Part shown: positions 41,501-44,515 of the stretch, one piece after another | Position numbering within the stretch: position 1 is the first letter of the stretch | Layout: each line of letters begins with the position of its first letter | Virus record (IMG/VR): IMGVR_UViG_3300013947_000010 | Reading direction: 5' to 3' (one strand) | DNA length: 44,515 nt | Source of the DNA: a virus | Notes under the pieces: model-generated | Told to the model about the DNA's origin: nothing | The model's database searches: none | Seen by the model: the letters and a program-made list of their open reading frames with translations, nothing else | Program-made: the position numbers and the translations under genes

Positions 41501-42910
41501 CGCAGAGTCCGCAACAGCACTTGCGCCAGCCGAAATACCGCTGTAATCAATCTCCGGCAAAGAGAAACCGAACAGACTTGCAATAGCGTTTGCAATCAGA
41601 CGGATAACCTTTGCAACTGCGATAGCATAAGGAAGAACTGCATTGAGGGCGGGAATGAAGATATTACCCAACGCTCTTGCACATTGCGTGACCTGTGCCT
41701 GTAAGATACGAAGCTGGTTCGCAGGAGCGTTCAAGGTACGAGCCATATCGCCCTGTGCGTCCTTAACCTGTGTCATGATTGCGTAGTAACGAAGCATGGA
41801 TTTCTCAGCTTGCGTCATTGCGGAGACTTTCTTCTCAATGCCAAGAGTGTACGCTTCCTGTTGCAAACGAGCCACAGACAGGTCATAACCGAGTCTACGG
41901 AGAGGTTCAAGCTCACCGGAGATACCCGACTGTAACTTGGTAAATGCGTCCTCTGTGGAGATATTGTAGAAAGACGAAATATCATACCCAAGCTGTGTGA
42001 GGTTCTTGGACATGATAATTGCTTTATCGCTTGCCACACCGAAGCCCTTGATAATGGTGTTAAACACGCCTTGGTTTCTCAACCAATCGGCGGGGTCAAT
42101 ACCCAAAAGCTCACTTACTCGTTCGGCGTACTCTTTTGCGGAGTCAGCGTATTCGCCGAGAGCCACGGTAAAGAGGTTCAAATCCTCGATGTACTTATTG
42201 GACTGCGTAATCCAAGAAGCAATCGTTCTCGCCGCCGATTTTACAGCGGTTATCGCCATGCGGAGCTTTGCATACAGATTGATATAACTCTTGCTTGCGT
42301 TATTGTTTGCCGTAGCAAGGCTATTCGTGTTCTGCACCAACTGTCTCACATTAGAGGGAAGACGAGCAAAAGCCGCCGACACGGTGTTAAGCTGAGAAGC
42401 CAACGGAGCGAGAGAATTAGTCAAGGACTGCATTTGGCTTGTAAACTGCGCCCAATTTACACCGTTAAGCGTTTTTGCAAGTTCGGGGATTTTGCCAAGC
42501 TGTGTGATAGCGGACTGCAATCCTGCGGACTTCGTGATACCACCAAGCGAGGAAACGGCGTTGGACATCTGCGAGATACCCGAAAAATCCACGCCCGTGA
42601 GAGAAGAAGCGGCAGAGCCGATGTTCTTCAACTGACTTGCGATAGACGAGGAAATTTTCAGACCGCCCAAGCTCTTGAGCTTTTCCAAGCTACTGGCCAG
42701 CTTGTCGATTTTAGAGGTGTCCGTAGAATTAAGGGCGGTATTGAGATTGCGTATCTGTGTTGCCACACTCGTTAATCCCATGCCGCCCTTTGTTGCGCTT
42801 TTCAGTCTTGTCAACGAAGCGGAAAGAGCGTCAATGCCTTGTACAGCGGAATTACCGTTTTGTTTGACCTCAAGTTCAAGCGACTCGATTGTAGTAGGCA
42901 TATAACTCAC
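38510..42910 (-). CDS. Tape measure protein
   Basis: 1466-aa ORF containing Gly/Ala-rich transmembrane-like segments and tandem Trp-containing repeats. It occupies the canonical position after the tail chaperone genes. Confidence 0.9.
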   Translation of the reverse strand: MSYMPTTIESLELEVKQNGNSAVQGIDALSASLTRLKSATKGGMGLTSVATQIRNLNTALNSTDTSKIDKLASSLEKLKSLGGLKISSSIASQLKNIGSAASSLTGVDFSGISQMSNAVSSLGGITKSAGLQSAITQLGKIPELAKTLNGVNWAQFTSQMQSLTNSLAPLASQLNTVSAAFARLPSNVRQLVQNTNSLATANNNASKSYINLYAKLRMAITAVKSAARTIASWITQSNKYIEDLNLFTVALGEYADSAKEYAERVSELLGIDPADWLRNQGVFNTIIKGFGVASDKAIIMSKNLTQLGYDISSFYNISTEDAFTKLQSGISGELEPLRRLGYDLSVARLQQEAYTLGIEKKVSAMTQAEKSMLRYYAIMTQVKDAQGDMARTLNAPANQLRILQAQVTQCARALGNIFIPALNAVLPYAIAVAKVIRLIANAIASLFGFSLPEIDYSGISAGASAVADSAESAEDGFGGAAKAAKKLKDNLLGIDELNIIRQDDGSSGSGGAGSGAGGGGFDIDLPQYDFLGGLVESKVGSIVEKMKEWLGLTGEIDSWSDLFHTRLGHILTTVGAIGLGMAAWKVSKGVLDALQWINQLKGFGLGTPLTITVGITLLITGIALEAAGLIDAVKNALDGENFAQIISGGILSVGGGAVLGKGLAAWITSAFADSAVASALSTAATNLGLGSATAAGAALGAGVMGIIAGIPAYFVGIWDAIKNGLNWLNGLLIPAGSTAAAAGIGAIIGACGGPIGAGIGALIGLAVGLVTDGIIAITEHWEEIKDFFHNFFTVTIPGIWNDFVSWLKNLPETIRKWWSDLLQPIKDFDWSQFGHDVGYKVGTAVKNICNAFKKFFTETLPEVWETVKSSFKTFFTETLPNFFTQTIPELWEKIKTSFVTFFTETLPNALKDIGQWFKDVGQAIWDGIVEGWNTAIKAITDFIKGFVDGFKEALGIHSPSTVFRDEVGVYLGEGLLAGLAKPFKAIGKWVKKNIIDPISKFIKDNPISDLVVNIKNTASEWWNKAKSWWNENAGEGISIEAFVSLAKKGWSTVKNWIGNIPTLSQAISLVKEKWNSVKEWIGNIPVISQGIDLVKKGWQTVKGWVGNIPTLDQAIQLVKEGWKSVKTWVGNIPVLSQAINLIKSGWSTVKNWIGNIPTLSQAINLIKNGWSTVKSWVENSIGGAVNKAVGLVKNAWSTVSNWVSNNMGGAVNKAIGLAKNGWYYVSSWVSQYIGGSVSVTVNLLKGWWGSIKNWLGLSDGGTISASGAFKLMADGGIITPNSFWQSIPKYAGGASLHGSMFLAGENGAEMVGHVNGTTEVLNRFQMGQIMHSSIIAGMAQFLPIWRTLNSTLVTSANAIIRSVLVSADAVNSHLATQVTYDPSNFLSQSVYDESESVYRNSRDESTMASTMRDFYREYVEPTLREIATDAKRQADKEERTIVQIGNRTINDAVVTQQKANGYVFAK
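39150..39790 (-). repeat. About nine tandem 72-nt (24-aa) repeats inside the tape measure gene
   Basis: The repeat unit is GW-TVK-W-GNIPTLSQAI-L-K. A 49-nt stretch is identical at 39427..39475 and 39716..39764. Confidence 0.8.
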
Positions 42911-43236
42911 TTCCTTTCTTCAAAACTCTTGTTGAATTTCTGCATAAAGGCTTCCATTTTGGCAAGTCCCTTATCAGAAACAGCCTTTTCTTTCCTCTGT
43001 TGCTTATCCTCCTGCTTTTTCTGCGTAATGGGATAAGGTTCTTCAACATAGGGTTTAGGTTTAGCTCCCTTTTTGGCGAAAGCGTGAAGTATAGGAGTCA
43101 GTCTGATAATAGCGTCATAGACATACATTCCTTGTAGCCACGCTTCCTCATTCTGACGCTCCATACGGAGTTCATCGGCTTTCCTGTAATATCGAGGGAG
43201 AGCGGGGTCTCCGTCCCAATACTGCGCTTCCGTCAT
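42907..43236 (-). CDS. Tail assembly-associated protein (occupies the gpT position)
   Basis: 109-aa ORF whose stop codon overlaps the tape measure ATG (ATGA). Confidence 0.45.
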   Translation of the reverse strand: MTEAQYWDGDPALPRYYRKADELRMERQNEEAWLQGMYVYDAIIRLTPILHAFAKKGAKPKPYVEEPYPITQKKQEDKQQRKEKAVSDKGLAKMEAFMQKFNKSFEERK

Positions 43237-43288
43237 GCCTATTGATAAGTAATAGGGGAACTTACGCCAAAAGGTTTCCGTAAATGAA

Positions 43289-43319
43289 AGAGGGGCAGGG
43301 GTAGTACCCCCACCCCTCT
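43289..43319 (-). promoter_or_regulatory. GC-rich hairpin between the two tail chaperone-position genes
   Basis: AGAGGGG pairs with CCCCTCT and an inner GGGGT pairs with ACCCC. On the minus strand the hairpin is followed by CTTTCATTT. Confidence 0.35.
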
Positions 43320-43352
43320 CGTCAACGGAATTGCTATCGGACTCCGAGTTAC

Positions 43353-43682
43353 TTACCAGCTCGTTGTCCAGTCCAAGTTTCCCTCCGCTTCTGCGGGTTC
43401 TTCGACAAGTGCCATGATAGGCTCGTTGTACATTTCAGCCAGCTTACCGATAAGCTCCTCCTTGTTCTTCATCTTCGCAAAGATGGAGTCAATCACATCT
43501 TGCTTCACGAAGCGGTGATGGGCGAGAAATGCGCCAGCGAACAGGGCGGGGAGAGTGGACATGGGCTTATTCTCCACTTCGGAAGCAATAAAGCCCTTAC
43601 GCTCCATCTCGGTTACGGTTCTACGGGTGAACTCAAGGACATACTCTTTGTCCTCATAGGTAAATCTAAGCTGTTTCGACAT
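43353..43682 (-). CDS. Tail assembly chaperone (occupies the gpG position)
   Basis: 109-aa ORF immediately downstream of the major tail gene. Confidence 0.55.
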   Translation of the reverse strand: MSKQLRFTYEDKEYVLEFTRRTVTEMERKGFIASEVENKPMSTLPALFAGAFLAHHRFVKQDVIDSIFAKMKNKEELIGKLAEMYNEPIMALVEEPAEAEGNLDWTTSW

Positions 43683-43703
43683 CGTATTTTCCTCCTAAAT
43701 TTC

Positions 43704-44126
43704 TTAGCCTGCGGTGATAACGGTAGACGGGGTGATAGTGATAGTCATATCGACCACCTCATTGACACCGCCGCCGTTGACATGGACACTCAGCTTGCCC
43801 TTGAAAGAGAACTTGCCGCTAGAGCCATCGGGCGTAACCACACCCTCAGCTTCCGTGCCGCCGAACCACACGGCGTAATCCTCCTCGGTGTCGGCGAGAG
43901 CCGCCAGCGTGGTATAATCTGCCTTGGTGTAGTTCGTGGTGAACTCAAGAGCGTCATTGCTCTGGATACCGGGGATATAGGTCTGCATTTTGTCAGACAG
44001 GGTGGTGGTTTCCAACAGTTCGGGAGAACCGCCGAGGTCGGGAAAGTCCTTAATGTCAATCAGCTTGGCGTAGGTGCTACCCTCGCCTTTCTTCATAAGG
44101 AACACTTTGTAAGTAGAAATAGCCAT
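43704..44126 (-). CDS. Major tail protein
   Basis: 140-aa ORF (MAISTYKVFLMKKGEGSTYAKLIDIKDFPDLGG), typical of siphovirus major tail proteins. Confidence 0.75.
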   Translation of the reverse strand: MAISTYKVFLMKKGEGSTYAKLIDIKDFPDLGGSPELLETTTLSDKMQTYIPGIQSNDALEFTTNYTKADYTTLAALADTEEDYAVWFGGTEAEGVVTPDGSSGKFSFKGKLSVHVNGGGVNEVVDMTITITPSTVITAG

Positions 44127-44132
44127 GATAAG

Positions 44133-44465
44133 TTACCTCCTGTAAATAATGTGATTTTTGTCTATCACAGCCCGGTACCGTCCGAGCATACGATAGATTG
44201 TTGCGTCCTGTGTATTCGGTATAGGTTCGAGAAGCATACGAGTGAAATTGCGTTCCATAAGAAGTTCATCTATGAAAGCGGCAATCTCTTTGCACTCGGC
44301 TTTCTTACCTGTTTTTTTGTTCGAGTAGACATTAAGCTCATAAGTCACCGCCGCATGATTTTCCTGCCCACTCTGCGTCTGAGAGTTTCGGAATGTGGCG
44401 TTGTCTATCTCTACGAGAGATACGCAAGGAAAAGAGGCGGGTGCGCTGACATATTCGCCCGTCAT
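44133..44465 (-). CDS. Tail completion / tail terminator-position protein
   Basis: 110-aa ORF between the gp10-like gene (across the junction) and the major tail gene. Its start codon lies inside the 77-nt terminal repeat. Confidence 0.5.
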   Translation of the reverse strand: MTGEYVSAPASFPCVSLVEIDNATFRNSQTQSGQENHAAVTYELNVYSNKKTGKKAECKEIAAFIDELLMERNFTRMLLEPIPNTQDATIYRMLGRYRAVIDKNHIIYRR

Positions 44466-44515
44466 AAAGATTTTCGGGTATTTCGCCCGTACCTTTGCGG
44501 AAATCTCTGAGAAGA
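44439..44515. repeat. Terminal direct repeat, identical to 1..77
   Basis: Exact 77-nt match to the start of the window. Confidence 0.9.

Noticed and set aside
42907-43682. A programmed -1 frameshift joining the two tail chaperone-position ORFs.
   Set aside because: The ORFs are 116 nt apart, and the downstream frame is closed by a TAA 27 nt before its ATG. No overlapping frame is available.
1-44515. tRNA, rRNA or tmRNA genes.
   Set aside because: Scanning the intergenic regions by eye, I saw no cloverleaf-type T-arm signature (GGTTCGAATCC-like). The few non-coding gaps are accounted for by promoters, hairpins, the PAL elements and the GC-rich block. A tRNAscan run would be needed to be certain.

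Overview
The window is a complete, circularly closed temperate siphovirus-type phage genome. The first 77 nt recur exactly as the last 77 nt (assembly overlap), so the unique length is 44,438 bp. Strong GGAGG ribosome-binding sites, TTGACA/TG-extended -10 promoters and an amidase-SPOR endolysin suggest a Gram-positive (Bacillota) host; this is inference. Almost all genes are on the minus strand. Only an XRE-type repressor and a large serine integrase (27858..29822) are on the plus strand. In minus-strand reading order the genome contains: a cro-like gene; an early/replication module (27608 down to 11750) with an SLT transglycosylase, Hjc-like nuclease, SF2 helicase, DNA methyltransferase, family-B DNA polymerase fused in frame to an ERF annealase, YqaJ exonuclease, prim-pol, ThyX-like protein, MazF-like toxin and D5/P4 primase-helicase; terS; a 4.5-kb accessory island that separates terS from terL; terL, portal, scaffold, capsid and connectors; then, across the circular junction, tail genes, tape measure and tail tip; a diversity-generating retroelement (DGR); and the lysis genes. 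The main observations are these. (1) The DGR has two variable repeats, one in a tail-fibre gene and one 18 kb away in a small non-structural early gene that has its own promoter and sits directly upstream of a MazF-like toxin. (2) There are three exactly 108-bp near-palindromic elements with perfect 16-bp terminal inverted repeats at module junctions. One has its core flipped relative to its arms, and it overlaps the 3' end of a small serine recombinase gene. (3) A roughly 400-bp GC-rich, non-coding, highly structured segment lies inside the terS/terL island. (4) Two paralogous hydrophobic mini-ORFs fall below the ORF-track cutoff. (5) The integrase has no canonical start codon upstream of its catalytic serine. 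All functional calls come from reading motifs by eye; no database search or folding program was run.
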